From assembly GCA_038253225.1 (NCBI GenBank), contig JBBSHH010000002.1, positions 971-64,970 on the forward strand: a DNA stretch of 64,000 nucleotides, given 5' to 3'. Below are positions 1-10,921 of the stretch, piece by piece (positions within the stretch are counted from its first letter, which is position 1; the number at the start of each line of letters is the position of its first letter). The notes below the pieces were generated by a model, which saw nothing but the letters and a program-made list of their open reading frames with translations, was not told where the DNA came from and ran no database searches. The position numbers and the translations under genes are program-made. The DNA is from Mycobacteriales bacterium (lineage in GTDB: Bacteria > Actinomycetota > Actinomycetes > JALYNC01).

Positions 1-1561
1 GACGGGCACGTCACGCTGGATGTGGAGTGCCTGGATCGGATCTACCTGAACTTGTACGTGCCGAACTTGCAGGTTCCTGGGCAGGTGGTGACGTTCCTGA
101 CGCGGCATCTGGGGTTCCCGATCCCGTCGCCAGCGGTGATCGAGAAGATCGGGACCCGGTTCCGCCGGTCGGTTGAGGACTTCGCGAAGGCCAACGATGT
201 GCCGCTGGTCCGGTTCGCCAAGGGCGACCGCAAAATCGAGGTGATGCGGCCGTACGTGCAGCGCCAGGAGGCGACGGGGCACTCGGGTGTCGCGGCGGCC
301 GGCGTGGCGCAGGAGTTCCAGACGGTGACGACCGCGACCTGCCGGCCCTCCCGCAGCGGTGGCGCTCCGCAGTTCAGCTATGGACGCGCTCCAGCGGCGG
401 GTGATCTGTTACTACTTCTACCTGTGGGACGTCGACTTCGGGCCGGCGTTCATCAAGATCTGCGCCTACTTCCCGTATCCCGGCAAGGTCTGGATCAACG
501 GCATGAGTGGGCGAAGCGGCAGGCCAGCAAGCTGGGGGCGGCGTTCACCGCGCTGTCCAACGGTTTCGCGTCCTGCTCGGAGCCGCAGGTGTTGCAGGCG
601 ATCTGCGACCGGCTCGGCCCGCGGACGATCGGCGTGTTCCTGGAACGCTGGTGGGCCCGGCTGCCGCTGCCCCTGACGGCGGCGGACCGGGCCGGTGGGT
701 ACTGGTGGGAGTGCTCGATGCGGCAGGTCGAGACCTCCCGCACGCTGGTGTTCGACGCACCCCGGTCCGGCCGGGCGTTCTTCGAGGCGCTGATCGCCGA
801 CAACCTCGATCTGGGCCGCCCGGACACGATGGAGCTGATCTTCGGCCGGCAGGTCCGGTCGACGACGACCGGCGTCTTCGCTACCCGGGTCGTCACCAGA
901 GGCGTTGATGTCACCATCAACGCGTTCTACAAGCACAGCAGGATCAAGCAGTACTTCAAGGAAGGCCGCGCGCTGCGGATCGAGACGGTGATCAACAGCC
1001 CGACCGACCTGGGGGTCCTGCGACGCCTGGAGCACCTGGACGAGCTGCAGGCCAAGGCACGTGACGTGAACCGCCGGCTGTTGGACTATGAGCGGGTCGG
1101 TCAGGGCTGTGTCCTCGCGAGCCCAGCCTTTGAGCGGGTCGCGTCCCCGTCCCAGGTGGACGGGCAGAGGGCCCCAGCCCTGCGCTTCGGCGACCCTCGG
1201 GTCATGGCCCTGACCGGCGCCCTTGGCGATCGCCACCAACGTGATCGCCGGGTTCACCAACCGCAGCTTGCGCGCGCAGGTCAGCGCGCTGCTCGGCGCG
1301 TCCTACAGCCAGGCCCAGGCCAGCTACGACCTGCGCCGGCTGCGCCTGAAAGGACTGATCGTCCGGCTCGAGCACAGCAACACCTACGTCCTGACCCCCG
1401 ACGGACAGCGCGTCGCGATCTTCTACACCAAAGTCCACCACCGGCTGCTGCCGCTGTTCGCGGCCGACCAACCGCCCGCGCACCTCCCCGTTCGACAAGC
1501 CCTACGCACACTCGACCACGCCGGAAGCGACTACATCGGCCAGGCCCACATGGCCGCATAG
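1..1561 (+). pseudogene. DDE-type IS transposase remnant, 5'-truncated by the window edge and frameshifted (family not assigned)
   Basis: The native-looking protein text jumps between frames. Frame 1 runs 22-~360 (…LDRIYLNLYVPNLQ…VQRQEATGHSGV…). Frame 2 runs 359-~490 (QRRVICYYFYLWDVDFGPAFIKICAYFPYPGKVWING). Frame 1 resumes ~490-~1200 (HEWAKRQASKLG…YKHSRIKQYFKEGRALRIETVINSPTDLG…). Frame 2 finishes 1223-1561 (…NTYVLTPDGQRVAIFYTKVHH…), with stop TAG at 1559-1561. Between these segments the single-frame translation is Pro/Arg/Gly-rich junk. That implies at least 3 frameshifts. Confidence 0.5.
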
Positions 1562-1584
1562 AACTTGCCTCAAACGTCAACGCC

Positions 1585-1618
1585 CTAGCGACCAAGGGTC
1601 GCGACCAAGGGTCGCTAG
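1585..1618. repeat. Nested palindrome with tandem 13-bp unit (GCGACCAAGGGTC x2) immediately 3' of the transposase stop; candidate IS terminal repeat or transposase binding site
   Basis: CTAGCGACC AAGG GTCGCGACC AAGG GTCGCTAG. The outer 9-bp arms CTAGCGACC/GGTCGCTAG form an inverted repeat. The inner GGTCGCGACC is a perfect palindrome. The unit GCGACCAAGGGTC occurs at 1588-1600 and again at 1601-1613. Confidence 0.4.
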
Positions 1619-2334
1619 GCGGTCAGAGCTCGTCTCGGCCTGAAGGCCCCAACGAGCCGGGCGAAGATCGCTTGAGCGGCATTGAGGCGGTCCGGGTTCA
1701 GTCCCCCGGCCGGTCCCCTCAGCCCATTCAGCCTGCGCGATCTCGATCGTGTGCAGCGCATTCATTCCCGGGAGCGGTGAGCGCCAGCAGCTTTACGCGG
1801 CGATGGGCAGGATCGTCCAGGTACTGGGCCAGCCCTTCGGAGACAAGCAGGTCGCCTTCGCGCTGGACGCTCTGACGCGTCAGCGCCAGCGCTCGCGCGA
1901 TCGAGGGGATCGTCGCCCGCTGGGCTCAGCACGAGCAGCTCGCGGGCGGCGGTGGCCCTGCCGATGTCGGGGCCCGCGCCGGACGCCGACCCGGCCGCGG
2001 AGCGCGACCCAGCGCCGTGCCGCCGCCGACCCGCTGGACGGCTTTGATCGGCGGGCAGCGGCCCAGTCCGGGATCCCTACCTGGTGATTTGGCCGCGGTG
2101 CGAGGGGCGTCCGGCGGCGAACAGGCAACACACCGCAGGGCCCGAACCGCTCCATGCTGGAGCGACGCGTGACCATGGGCACCTTGATCAGCGTGCCCCC
2201 TACGCCCTTTCCATGCCGGTAACAGCGGTACCAACGGGTCCGCCATTGGCGGGTACGGACAACTGGCGCGGATCACCGCTCCTGCCCAGACAGCGTTTCC
2301 GCACGTCAGGGGCACTACGGGTGAACAGGGGTAC

Positions 2335-2419
2335 TGGTGGCAGGTGTTGGGTTCGAACCAACGTAGGCTGAGCCGGCGGTTTTACAGACCGCTCCCTTTG
2401 GCCACTCGGGCAACCTGCC
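2335..2419 (-). tRNA. tRNA-Tyr (anticodon GTA), type II with long variable arm, CCA encoded
   Basis: The reverse complement reads GGCAGGTTGCCCGAGTGGCCAAAGGGAGCGGTCTGTAAAACCGCCGGCTCAGCCTACGTTGGTTCGAACCCAACACCTGCCACCA. It has a 7-bp acceptor stem GGCAGGT/ACCTGCC, anticodon loop CTGTAAA, T-loop GGTTCGAACC, a long extra arm typical of Tyr, and discriminator A plus CCA. Confidence 0.85.
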
Positions 2420-2477
2420 GTGGGGTCCGAGGATAGCCGATGGGTGCCGGTCCCAAACGAAGCGGGGAGGCGGACCA

Positions 2478-2969
2478 GTGGCCGACGCGTCGTTCGACGT
2501 GGTGAGCAAGGTGGACCGGCAGGAGGTCGACAACGCGCTGAACCAGGCGGCGAAGGAGGTCGCGCAGCGGTATGACTTCAAGGGGGTCGGCGCCTCGATC
2601 GCGTGGTCCGGGGACGCCGTGGAGATCAAAGCCAACAGCGACGACCGGGTCCGGGCGGTCCTCGAGGTCTTCCAGGAGAAGCTGATCAAGCGCGGCGTCT
2701 CGCTCAAGGCGCTGGACCACGGCGACCCGCAGCCGGCCGGCGGCAGCACGTCCCGGCTGAGCATCAGCGTCCAGCAGGGCATCGACGACGAGAAGGCCAA
2801 GACGATCGCCAAGAAGATCAGGGGTGCCGGCCTCAAGGGCGTGCAGGCGCAGATCCAGGGCGACCAGCTGCGAGTGTCCGGGAAGAAGCGGGACGACCTG
2901 CAGGCGGTTATCGCGCTGCTCAAGGACAGCGACTTCGGCGTACCGCTGCAGTTCGTCAACTACCGCTGA
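2478..2969 (+). CDS. yajQ: YajQ-family (UPF0234) nucleotide-binding protein
   Basis: 163 aa starting [36 protein letters not shown]…, which is the characteristic YajQ N-terminus and length. GTG start at 2478. Confidence 0.85.
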   Translation: MADASFDVVSKVDRQEVDNALNQAAKEVAQRYDFKGVGASIAWSGDAVEIKANSDDRVRAVLEVFQEKLIKRGVSLKALDHGDPQPAGGSTSRLSISVQQGIDDEKAKTIAKKIRGAGLKGVQAQIQGDQLRVSGKKRDDLQAVIALLKDSDFGVPLQFVNYR

Positions 2970-2981
2970 GTTCGCCGCGTC

Positions 2982-3002
2982 GAACCGGTGCCGGGCCGGT
3001 TC
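2982..3002. terminator. Hairpin between convergent yajQ and nuoN2 (GAACCGG-N7-CCGGTTC); probable bidirectional terminator
   Basis: 7-bp perfect stem (2982-2988 / 2996-3002) with a 7-nt loop, in the 41-bp gap between two convergent stop codons. Confidence 0.45.
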
Positions 3003-3010
3003 CCTCGGGG

Positions 3011-4519
3011 TCAGCCCCGGCCGGCCAGCGGGGTGATGTGCAGCACCAGCTCGGGGTCGAGGCTGAGCACCACCGTGACCACCACGGCGACGGCGATCGC
3101 CACCGCCACCGGACGGCTGGCCGGGCCGTCCGGCGGCTCGACCGCAGGGACCCCGGCCGACCCCCGGTCCTCCGGGGCGAACAGCAGCGCGGCCAGGCGC
3201 AGGTAGTAGAACAGCGCGACGACGGTGTTGACCGCCATCACGACACCCAGCCACACCACCTCGCCGCGCACCGCCGCGGAGAACACCACGACCTTGGCGA
3301 AGAGCCCGGCCAGGCCCGGTGGCAGCCCGGCCAGGCAGGCGAGGAAGAACGCCAGCGCCAGCGCTACCAGGGGCGAGCGGCGGGCCAGTCCGCGGTAGTC
3401 CGCCACCGCGTTGCGCGGCCGGTCCCCGGCCACCCACACCACGCAGGCAAAGGCGCCGAGCGTCATCGCCGCGTAGAACACGACGTATCCCAGCGTCGCA
3501 GCCGCGGCGTCGTCGAGCACCCGGGCCCGGCCGTACGCCGACGCCGCCACCCCGAGCGGCACCAGCATGTAGCCGGCCTGAGCCACCGAGGACCAGGCCA
3601 GCAGTCGGATGACGTACCGCTGCCGGAGAGCCACCAGGTTGCCCACGGTCATGGTCAGCGCGGCGATAACGGCGAGCATCGGGCCCCACACGTCGGCGTA
3701 GCCGCGGAAACCGACGAGCAGCACGATCAGCAGGCCGGCGAAGCCCGCGGCCTTCGACGCGACCGACAGGAACGCCGCCACCGGCAGCGGGGCGCCCTGG
3801 TAGGTGTCCGGCGCCCAGGCGTGGAACGGCACGGCGGAGACCTTGAACGCGAAGCCGACGATGACCAGCGCGATGCCGGCGGAGGTCACCGGCTGCCGCA
3901 GCCGCGGGCGGGCCAGCGCGGCGGCGACCTGGTCGAGCTGCAGCGAGCCGGTGACGCCGTACACCAGGCTGGCACCGAAGATCAGCACGGCCGTCGCCAA
4001 CACCGAGATCAGGAAGAACTTCAGCGCGGCCTCGCTGGAGCGCGGGTCGGCCCGACGGAAGCCGGCGAGCACGAACACCGGGACCGTGACCACCTCGAGG
4101 GAGAGCACGAGCAGCAGCAGGTCCCGACTGCCGGCCAGAGTGATCATCCCGGTGAGCGAGACCAGCAGCAGGAAGTGGTACTCCCCCGCCGGCAGCCGCT
4201 GCGCCCGCACGGTCGGCTCGGAGAGCAACAACACCACGGCGGTGGCGAGCAGGAAGAGCCCGCTGAACAGCAGGCTGAACCGGTCCACGGCGTAGGAGCA
4301 GCCGCCCGCGGCGGTGCAGAACGTGGACCGGTCGTCGCCGGCGGCCAGCGCCCCGGTGGCCACCATGGCGGCCACGACCCCGGCGAGCGACACCGGCAGC
4401 GCGACCCCGCGCCGGTCCGCCGGGACGAACAGGTCGAGGACGAGGACGCCGAGAGCGGTGCCGACCGCCAGCAGCGGCGGCGCGATCGCTGCGTAGTCGA
4501 TGGAGGCGGCGAAGGGCAC
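3011..4519 (-). CDS. nuoN: Complex-I-like antiporter subunit NuoN2 (second, partial nuo cluster)
   Basis: 502 aa polytopic membrane protein. It carries the NuoN/NuoM-family motifs (…AAFLSVASKAAGFAGLL…, …VGNLVALRQRYVIRLLAWSSVAQAGYML…). It follows nuoM2 after a 7-nt gap. Confidence 0.8.
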   Translation of the reverse strand: MPFAASIDYAAIAPPLLAVGTALGVLVLDLFVPADRRGVALPVSLAGVVAAMVATGALAAGDDRSTFCTAAGGCSYAVDRFSLLFSGLFLLATAVVLLLSEPTVRAQRLPAGEYHFLLLVSLTGMITLAGSRDLLLLVLSLEVVTVPVFVLAGFRRADPRSSEAALKFFLISVLATAVLIFGASLVYGVTGSLQLDQVAAALARPRLRQPVTSAGIALVIVGFAFKVSAVPFHAWAPDTYQGAPLPVAAFLSVASKAAGFAGLLIVLLVGFRGYADVWGPMLAVIAALTMTVGNLVALRQRYVIRLLAWSSVAQAGYMLVPLGVAASAYGRARVLDDAAAATLGYVVFYAAMTLGAFACVVWVAGDRPRNAVADYRGLARRSPLVALALAFFLACLAGLPPGLAGLFAKVVVFSAAVRGEVVWLGVVMAVNTVVALFYYLRLAALLFAPEDRGSAGVPAVEPPDGPASRPVAVAIAVAVVVTVVLSLDPELVLHITPLAGRG

Positions 4520-4526
4520 CCCGAGG

Positions 4527-6011
4527 TCACCCGCCGCCGAGCAGCCGGCGGACCGCAGCGTCGGTCACACCGAGCACGAGTCGTGGGTAGAGACCCAGGA
4601 CCAGGGTGAGCGCGAGCAGCGGCGCCCACGCAGCCAGCTCGACCGACGTGACGTCGCCGAACCGGCGCTCCCGCCACCGCTCCGGCACGACCCCGAGCGT
4701 CACCCGGCGCAGCAGCACCAGCAGGTACACCGCGGTCAGCACCGTACCGACACCGGCCAGCACCATCAGCGTAAGGAACAGCCCGCGGTGCAGGCCCTGC
4801 GCCGGCCGGAACGCCCCCAGCATCGCGAGCATCTCGCCCCAGAACCCGGCCAGCCCCGGCAGCCCGAGGCTCGCGATCGCGGCGAAGGTCAGCAGCCCGC
4901 CCAGCAGCGGCGCCTTGGCCAGCACCCCGCCGCCGATCTCGGCGATGTCCTGCGAGTGGTAGCGGTCCTTGAGCGCGCCGACGAGGAAGAACAGCAGCCC
5001 GGTCACCACCCCGTGCGCGACGTTGGCCAGCAGGGCGGCGTTGACCCCGACCGGGGTCAACGTGGCGATGCCGAGCAGGACGAAGCCCATGTGCCCGACG
5101 CTGGAGTAGGCGATGAGCCGCTTGATGTCGCGTTGTACGAGGCAGCACAGCGCGCCGTAGATGATGCCCACGACGGCGAGCACACCGAGGTACGGCGCGA
5201 AGTCGCGAGCTGCGGCCGGCAGCTCGGTGACCGCGATCCGGACCAGCCCGTAGGTGCCCATCTTCAGCAGCACGCCGGCGAGCAGCACCGAGCCGACGGT
5301 CGGTGCCTCGGTGTGCGCGTCCGGCAGCCAGCTGTGCAGCGGCCACATCGGCGTCTTGACCGCAAAGCCGAGGAACAGCCCGAGGAACGCCAGGTCCTGC
5401 GCCGCCCGGGGCAGGTCGGCGCCGCCTCGCCGGCCCAGCCGGACCATGTCGAACGTTGCGGTGTGCGCGTAGATGACCAGGATGCCGAGCAGCAGCAGCA
5501 CCGAGCCGAGCAGCGTGAACAGGATGAACTTCGTCGCCGCGTAGCTCCGGCGCTCGCCGCCCCAGAGCGCGATGAGGAAGTACATGGGGGCGAGGACGAC
5601 CTCGAAGAACACGAAGAACAGCAGCAGGTCGAGCGCCAGGAACGTGCCCAGCATGCCGACCTCGAGCAGCAGCACCAGCGCCAGGAACGCCCGCGGTCGG
5701 CCGGGCTCGGGCAGGGTCTTCAGGGTGTAGACCGCGCACAGGAAGCTCAGCAGCGTGGTCAGCACCACCAGCGGCAGCGAGATCCCGTCCAGCCCGAGGT
5801 GGAACCGGATGTCCGCGGCCGGCACCCAGGCGCGGTCGACGCCGAGCTGGAAGCCGCCCCGGTGGTAGTCGTACGCCGCGAGCAGCGCCAGGCTCAGCCC
5901 GAACGTCGTGGCCGTGGCGGCGACCCCGATCCGGCGGGCCCAGCGATCCGGCGCCGCGAGCAGCCCGGCGCAGCCGGCCAGGGGCAGGAGGAGCAGCGCG
6001 ACCAGGATCAC
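4527..6011 (-). CDS. nuoM: Complex-I-like subunit NuoM2
   Basis: 494 aa. GTG start ([13 protein letters not shown]…) overlaps the nuoL2 stop (GTGA). Motifs FFVFFEVVLAPMYFLIALWGG, WLPDAHTEAPTVGSVLLAGVLLKMGTYG and LIAYSSVGHMGF are present. The 1126-aa track ORF 4527..7907 is a read-through artefact. Confidence 0.85.
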   Translation of the reverse strand: MILVALLLLPLAGCAGLLAAPDRWARRIGVAATATTFGLSLALLAAYDYHRGGFQLGVDRAWVPAADIRFHLGLDGISLPLVVLTTLLSFLCAVYTLKTLPEPGRPRAFLALVLLLEVGMLGTFLALDLLLFFVFFEVVLAPMYFLIALWGGERRSYAATKFILFTLLGSVLLLLGILVIYAHTATFDMVRLGRRGGADLPRAAQDLAFLGLFLGFAVKTPMWPLHSWLPDAHTEAPTVGSVLLAGVLLKMGTYGLVRIAVTELPAAARDFAPYLGVLAVVGIIYGALCCLVQRDIKRLIAYSSVGHMGFVLLGIATLTPVGVNAALLANVAHGVVTGLLFFLVGALKDRYHSQDIAEIGGGVLAKAPLLGGLLTFAAIASLGLPGLAGFWGEMLAMLGAFRPAQGLHRGLFLTLMVLAGVGTVLTAVYLLVLLRRVTLGVVPERWRERRFGDVTSVELAAWAPLLALTLVLGLYPRLVLGVTDAAVRRLLGGG

Positions 6012-7921
6012 GTCAGCACCGCCACGCCGGCGACCAGCACCAGCACCCCCAGGAACAGCGCGGTCGCGTAGGCCTGCACGTTGCCGTTCTGCAGCCGCCG
6101 GAGCCCACCGCCGGCGAGCCACGCGCCGGAGCCGGACCCGCTCGCCAGCCCGTCGACGCCGGTGACGTCGAAGCCCAGCACCGCCCGGGCCAGTCGCGGC
6201 AGCGGTCGGACCAGCACCGCGTCGTAGAGCTCGTCGAGGTAGAACGCCCGCTCGAAGGGCCGCCGGGCCCGGCCCAGCAGCCGGGCCGGGTCGGCCGCCG
6301 GTGCCCGCCGCCAGCCGGTGTAGGTCACCAGCACCCCGAGCAGGCCGAGCGCGGTGGCGACCAGCGCGGTGCCGGCCTGCGGCCCGAGCGACGGCGTCGG
6401 CGGCGCGGTCAGCGGCAACGGCGTGTAGGCGAAGAACGCGACGTCCCGGCCGTACCCGAGCCAGCCCGGCAGCCAGCCGGAGCGCAGGCCGACGAACCCG
6501 AACGCGGCGGCGGGCAGCGCCAGCAGCAGCAGCGGCACCCGCATCGCGGTCGGCGCCTCCTCGATGACGGCGGTCCCGCGGTAGGTGCCGAAGAACGTCC
6601 GCAGCCACAGCCGGGTGGCGTAGGCCCCGGTCAGCAGCACGGTCAGCATCCCGGCGACGAACACCAGCCAGGCCGCCGGTCGGTCCAGCACCGGCCGCGC
6701 CGCGCCCGTCGCGGCCGCCCACGCCGAGCCGAGCACCGCGTCCTTGCTGAAGAAGCCGCTGAACGGCGGCAGCCCGGCCAGCGCGGCGAGCCCGACCGTC
6801 ATGGTCGCGAACGTGACGGGCAGCCCGCGACGCAGCCCCCCCATCTCGCTCATCAGGTTGGTGCCGACGGTGCGGATCACCGCGCCGGCGCAGAGGAACA
6901 GCAGCGCCTTGAACGCGGCGTGGCTGAGCAGGTGGAACAGGCCGGCGGCGTACCCGCCGACCGCCAGGCCGCCGGTCATGTACGCGAGCTGACTGACCGT
7001 CGAGTACGCCAAGACCCGCTTGAGGTCGTCCTGGGCCAGCGCGGCCAGCGCGCCGAGCAGCATGGTGACGGCGGCGCTGACGGCGAGCACGTCGAGGGTG
7101 ACCGGGGAGAGCACGAACACCGGGTAGAGCCGGGCGACGACGTACACGCCGGCCGCGACCATGGTGGCCGCGTGGATCAGAGCCGAGATCGGGGTCGGCC
7201 CGGCCATCGCGTCGGGCAGCCAGGTGTGCAGCGGGAACTGCGCGCTCTTGCCGACCACCCCGCAGACCAGCAGCAGCGTCCCGACCAGCACCGCGGTGTG
7301 GCCGAGCCGGGGCGCCCGGTCGAGCAGCGCGCTGATCCGGAACGAGCCGGCCGCCGTACCCAGGGTGAAGATGCCGAACAGGAACCCGACGTCCCCCACC
7401 CGGGTGGTGAGGAACGCCTTGACCGCGGCCGCCGAGGCGCTCGGCTGCTGCCAGTAGTGGCCGATGAGGAAGTAGGAGCAGACGCCCATCACCTCCCAGC
7501 CCACGAGCAGCTCGAGCAGGTCGGCGGAGACCACCACGAGCAGCATCGCGGCGGTGAACAGCGACACGAGCGCGGCGTACGACGGGTAGCGAGGGTCGCC
7601 GCGCAGGTAGGCGGTGGAGTAGACCTGCACGAGCAACGCCACTACGCAGACCATGACCGCGACGACCGCGGCCAGCCCGTCGACCCGGGTACCGACGGCG
7701 ATCGGCACGGCCCCGGTGGGGGTCAGCAGCGTGCTCGTCTCCCGGACCCGGCCGGGGTCGCCGAGCACCGCGACGGCCAGCGCCAGCGCCAGCCCGGTGG
7801 GGACGGCGGTGCCGAGGACCGCGACGCCGGCCGGGCCGCCGGGCAGCCGGCGTCCGGCCAGCAGCCCGAGCACCGCGGCGAGGAACGGCACGGCCGGCAC
7901 CAGCCAAGCGGCGCCGGTCAC
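6008..7921 (-). CDS. nuoL: Complex-I-like subunit NuoL2
   Basis: 637 aa. GTG start ([17 protein letters not shown]…) overlaps the nuoK2 stop (GTGA). Motifs [49 protein letters not shown] and [16 protein letters not shown] are present. Confidence 0.85.
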   Translation of the reverse strand: MTGAAWLVPAVPFLAAVLGLLAGRRLPGGPAGVAVLGTAVPTGLALALAVAVLGDPGRVRETSTLLTPTGAVPIAVGTRVDGLAAVVAVMVCVVALLVQVYSTAYLRGDPRYPSYAALVSLFTAAMLLVVVSADLLELLVGWEVMGVCSYFLIGHYWQQPSASAAAVKAFLTTRVGDVGFLFGIFTLGTAAGSFRISALLDRAPRLGHTAVLVGTLLLVCGVVGKSAQFPLHTWLPDAMAGPTPISALIHAATMVAAGVYVVARLYPVFVLSPVTLDVLAVSAAVTMLLGALAALAQDDLKRVLAYSTVSQLAYMTGGLAVGGYAAGLFHLLSHAAFKALLFLCAGAVIRTVGTNLMSEMGGLRRGLPVTFATMTVGLAALAGLPPFSGFFSKDAVLGSAWAAATGAARPVLDRPAAWLVFVAGMLTVLLTGAYATRLWLRTFFGTYRGTAVIEEAPTAMRVPLLLLALPAAAFGFVGLRSGWLPGWLGYGRDVAFFAYTPLPLTAPPTPSLGPQAGTALVATALGLLGVLVTYTGWRRAPAADPARLLGRARRPFERAFYLDELYDAVLVRPLPRLARAVLGFDVTGVDGLASGSGSGAWLAGGGLRRLQNGNVQAYATALFLGVLVLVAGVAVLT

Positions 7922-8253
7922 CGCTGCAGCTCCGGCTCGGGCGGGTCGACGTCGGCGAGCTCCCGGACCCGGTCGATGTCGATCGACTCCCGGTTGCGGT
8001 AGACCAGCAGCACGATTGCGAGACCGACGCCCACCTCGGCGGCGGCGACGACGATCACGAACAGCGCGAACACCTGGCCGCCGAGCAGCCGGTCCTGCAG
8101 GTAGACGCTGAACGCGACCAGGTTGACGTTCGCACCGTTGAGCATCAGCTCGACCGACATCAGCACGAGCACCGCGTTGCGCCGGGCCAGCACGCCGTAC
8201 ACCCCGAGCGCGAACAGCCCGGCGGCGAGCAGTAGCGGGTAGACGAGGTGCAC
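7918..8253 (-). CDS. nuoK: Complex-I-like subunit NuoK2
   Basis: 111 aa starting [49 protein letters not shown]…. The GTG start overlaps the nuoJ2 TAG stop (TAGTG). The upstream part of the 256-aa track ORF is an Arg-rich artefact. Confidence 0.8.
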   Translation of the reverse strand: MHLVYPLLLAAGLFALGVYGVLARRNAVLVLMSVELMLNGANVNLVAFSVYLQDRLLGGQVFALFVIVVAAAEVGVGLAIVLLVYRNRESIDIDRVRELADVDPPEPELQR

Positions 8254-8852
8254 TACGGCGCTCCGCGTCCGTCGGGCGGCCGGTCGGCGCCGATGTCCGG
8301 GCGGGACAGCACGATCGCGCCAACCAGCGCGGCCAGCAGCAGCACCGAGGCGACCTCGAACGGCAGCACGAAATAGCGGAAGATCGCCCCGCCGGTGGCC
8401 GCCGGGCCACCGGGTGCGGTGTCGAGGTCGACGTAGGCCGCCCGGAACCCGTCGACGAGCAGCCCGCCGAGCGCGCCGAACGTCGCGACCGCGGCGAGCA
8501 GCGCCGCCGGCCGGTTCGCGCTGTCGAGGTCGGCGCTGCGCCCGATCGGGGCCCGGGTGAGCATGGCCCCGAAGAGCAGCAGCACCACGACAGCGCCGAC
8601 GTAGATCAGCACCTGCACCCAGGCGACGAACTCGGCGGTCAGCAGCAGATAGCAGCCGGCGACCGCGCCGAGCGCGACGACCAGCCATAGGGCCGCGTGA
8701 ATGACGTTGCGGGTGGTGACGACGAGCACGCCGGCCGCGAGCGCCAGCAGCGCCAACGCGACGAACACCGCCTCCTGCGGATCCCAGCCGAGGAAGCCCG
8801 GCGCGGTGCGGGGCACCGGCAGCGCACCGGCGAGCAGGTCAGCCGGGCTCAC
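8253..8852 (-). CDS. nuoJ: Complex-I-like subunit NuoJ2
   Basis: 199 aa from GTG (VSPADLLAG…) preceded by GGAGA. The protein is NuoJ-like (…[18 protein letters not shown]…). The upstream portion of the track ORF is junk. Confidence 0.7.
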   Translation of the reverse strand: MSPADLLAGALPVPRTAPGFLGWDPQEAVFVALALLALAAGVLVVTTRNVIHAALWLVVALGAVAGCYLLLTAEFVAWVQVLIYVGAVVVLLLFGAMLTRAPIGRSADLDSANRPAALLAAVATFGALGGLLVDGFRAAYVDLDTAPGGPAATGGAIFRYFVLPFEVASVLLLAALVGAIVLSRPDIGADRPPDGRGAP

Positions 8853-9390
8853 GGCGTGGTCTCCGTTCGGCCCGGGCCGCGGTCGGGACGTCTCCGCGGG
8901 CGACCTGGACCTCCTTCGGCGTCTCCCCGGCCGGGTCGAGCGCCGGGGGCGGCGGCACCGTCCACATCCACTCGCGGAGCCGGTCCTTCTCGTGGGTGAG
9001 CTCGCTGACGTCGTACGTCGCGTACTCGAACTCCGGCGACCAGAACAGCGCGTCGAACGGGCAGACCTCGATGCAGATCCCGCAGTACATGCACAGGGCG
9101 AAGTCGATCGCGAACCGGTCGAGGATGTTGCGGGTCCGGGCCCGGGCGCCGGGCTCGCGCGGCGGGACGGTCTCCTTGTGCGAGTCGATGTAGATGCACC
9201 AGTCGGGGCACTCCCGGGCGCAGAGCATGCAGACCGTGCAGTTCTCCTCGAACAGCGCGATGACACCGCGGGACCGGGGCGGTAGCTCAGGCTTGAGGTC
9301 CGGGTACTGCGCGGTCACCGCCGGCCGCAGCATCGTGCGCAGCGTGACCGCGAGCCCGCGGGCCAACCCGCCGCCGGGCGGTCCGGTCAC
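8839..9390 (-). CDS. nuoI: Complex-I-like subunit NuoI2 (2x[4Fe-4S] ferredoxin)
   Basis: 183 aa. GTG start ([31 protein letters not shown]…) overlaps the nuoH2 stop (GTGA). It has two CxxCxxCxxxCP motifs ([15 protein letters not shown] and [12 protein letters not shown]). Confidence 0.85.
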   Translation of the reverse strand: MTGPPGGGLARGLAVTLRTMLRPAVTAQYPDLKPELPPRSRGVIALFEENCTVCMLCARECPDWCIYIDSHKETVPPREPGARARTRNILDRFAIDFALCMYCGICIEVCPFDALFWSPEFEYATYDVSELTHEKDRLREWMWTVPPPPALDPAGETPKEVQVARGDVPTAARAERRPRREPG

Positions 9391-10379
9391 CGGCGCACCA
9401 CCTCCACGACCCCGGTGAGCAGCAGCTGCCCGAACGCGAGCGGCACCAGCGTCAGCCAGGCGAAGCGCTGCAGCTGGTCCTCTCGCAGCCGGGGGTAGCT
9501 GACCCGCAGCCAGATCACGAGGAAGGACAGCGCGAGCACCTTGACCAGCGTCCAGAGCCAGCCGAGCTGGACGTCGAGGAACGGCCCCTTCCAGCCGCCG
9601 AGGAACAGCACGGTGGTCAGCGCCGCGAACACCACGATGCCGGCGTACTCGGCCAGCAGGAAGAACGCGAACCGCAGCCCGGTGTACTCGGTGAGCGGTC
9701 CGAACACCAGCTCGGAGTCGGCGTAGGGCATGTCGAACGGCGGCCGCCGCAGCTCGGCGAGGCCGGCGGTGAAGAAGATGACGCCGGCCACCCCCTGGTA
9801 GGGCAGCCACCACCAGTGCCAGGCCTGCGCAATGCCGGTCAGCGACAACGTGCCGGCGGCCATGGCCGCGGACGCTGCGGCGAGCACCAGCGGCAGCTCG
9901 TAGGCCATCAGCTGGGCCGCCGCCCGCAGGCCGCCGAGCAGCGCGTACTTGTTCGCGCTGGCCCAGCCCGCCATCAGCGTCCCGAGGACCCCCACCCCGG
10001 CCATCGCGAGCGCGAAGAAGATGCCGACGTCGAGCTCCTGCGCGACCTGCTCGCCCGGACCGACCGGGACGACGAGCAGCACCAGCAGGTAGGGGAGCAG
10101 CTGCACCACCGGGGCGAGTCGGAACACCGCCCGGTCGGCGGCGGCCGGCACGATCTCCTCCTTCTGGACGAACTTCACGCCGTCGGCGACGAGCTGAGCC
10201 CAGCCATGGAACCCGCCGGCGTACATCGGGCCGACCCGGGCCTGCATGTGCGCCATCGCCTTGTGCTCCAGCTGCCCGACCAGCAGCGGCAGGGTGAGGA
10301 ACGCGACCAGGCAGCCGAGCAGCTTGGCGGCGACCTCAATCCACAGCGGCAGGCTCACCGGCTCGACTCCGGTCCCCAC
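9387..10379 (-). CDS. nuoH: Complex-I-like subunit NuoH2
   Basis: 330 aa. NuoH-family motifs are present (…[35 protein letters not shown]…, …[40 protein letters not shown]…). It is clearly a divergent paralogue of nuoH at 22652..23956. Confidence 0.85.
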   Translation of the reverse strand: MGTGVEPVSLPLWIEVAAKLLGCLVAFLTLPLLVGQLEHKAMAHMQARVGPMYAGGFHGWAQLVADGVKFVQKEEIVPAAADRAVFRLAPVVQLLPYLLVLLVVPVGPGEQVAQELDVGIFFALAMAGVGVLGTLMAGWASANKYALLGGLRAAAQLMAYELPLVLAAASAAMAAGTLSLTGIAQAWHWWWLPYQGVAGVIFFTAGLAELRRPPFDMPYADSELVFGPLTEYTGLRFAFFLLAEYAGIVVFAALTTVLFLGGWKGPFLDVQLGWLWTLVKVLALSFLVIWLRVSYPRLREDQLQRFAWLTLVPLAFGQLLLTGVVEVVRR

Positions 10380-10921
10380 TCCGCCGGGTCGGGCACCCCG
10401 AGCGGGCCCATCCGGCGCCGACCCGGTGCCCCCTCGGCGCCCTCCCCCGGCTCCTTGGCCCCCGGCCAGGCCTTGGCGACCCGGGAGGCGAGCACGAAGG
10501 TCTTGCGCAGCGGGTGGCCCTCGAAGCCCTCCGGCAGCAGCAGCGGCACCAGGTTGGGGTGACCGTCGAACGTGATCCCGAACATCTCGAAGGTCTCCCG
10601 CTCGTGCCAGCCGGCGCCGCGGAACACCGGGAGCAGGCTCGGCAGCCGGGGCGCCTCGACCGGCACCCGGGTGCGGAGCAGCACGTGGAAGCGGCGGTCG
10701 ATCGCGTAGAGGTGCAGCACCACCGCGAAGCCCTCGGCCAGCAGGTCGTAGGCCGAGAGCCAGTCGAAGAACCGGGCGCCCAGCTCGTCCCTGGCGAACG
10801 TCGCGGCGGCCACCCAGCTGGCCGCCGGCACCTCGACGGTGACCTGGCCGTACGCCGGCTCGAGCACCGCCTCGACGCCGAAGCGGTCGACGAACGCGGC
10901 GCCGACCTGCTCCGGTGTCAC
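10355..10921 (-). CDS. nuoC: Complex-I-like subunit NuoC2 (30 kDa subunit, short)
   Basis: 188 aa. It carries the NuoC signature …[41 protein letters not shown]…. The GTG start overlaps the nuoB2 stop (GTGA). Confidence 0.85.
   Translation of the reverse strand: MTPEQVGAAFVDRFGVEAVLEPAYGQVTVEVPAASWVAAATFARDELGARFFDWLSAYDLLAEGFAVVLHLYAIDRRFHVLLRTRVPVEAPRLPSLLPVFRGAGWHERETFEMFGITFDGHPNLVPLLLPEGFEGHPLRKTFVLASRVAKAWPGAKEPGEGAEGAPGRRRMGPLGVPDPAEWGPESSR

Noticed and set aside
2603-4609. 668-aa plus-strand ORF (and similar ones at 4500..6071, 6920..8002, 22589..24268, 25012..27009, 35600..36955, 38030..40705, 58364..60010 and others)
   Set aside because: They are Arg/Gly/Pro/Asp/His/Gln-rich low-complexity translations lying antisense to well-supported nuo, hem or ccs genes. 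These are typical GC-rich open-frame artefacts, with no conserved domains.
4144-5739. 531-aa minus-strand ORF in an alternative frame over nuoM2/nuoN2
   Set aside because: It is an Arg/Pro/Gly-rich frame overlapping the bona fide nuoM2 frame. It has no recognisable motifs.
4527-7907. 1126-aa minus-strand ORF, and likewise 17497..21204 (1235 aa), 14925..17504 (859 aa), 10918..12837, 27712..29442, 28548..30248, 40573..42486, 43111..44754, 46612..49641 and 61433..63172
   Set aside because: These are read-through fusions caused by the absence of stop codons upstream of the real start. Only the C-terminal portion has protein-like sequence. The true starts are fixed by conserved N-termini and by ATGA/GTGA overlaps with the preceding gene.
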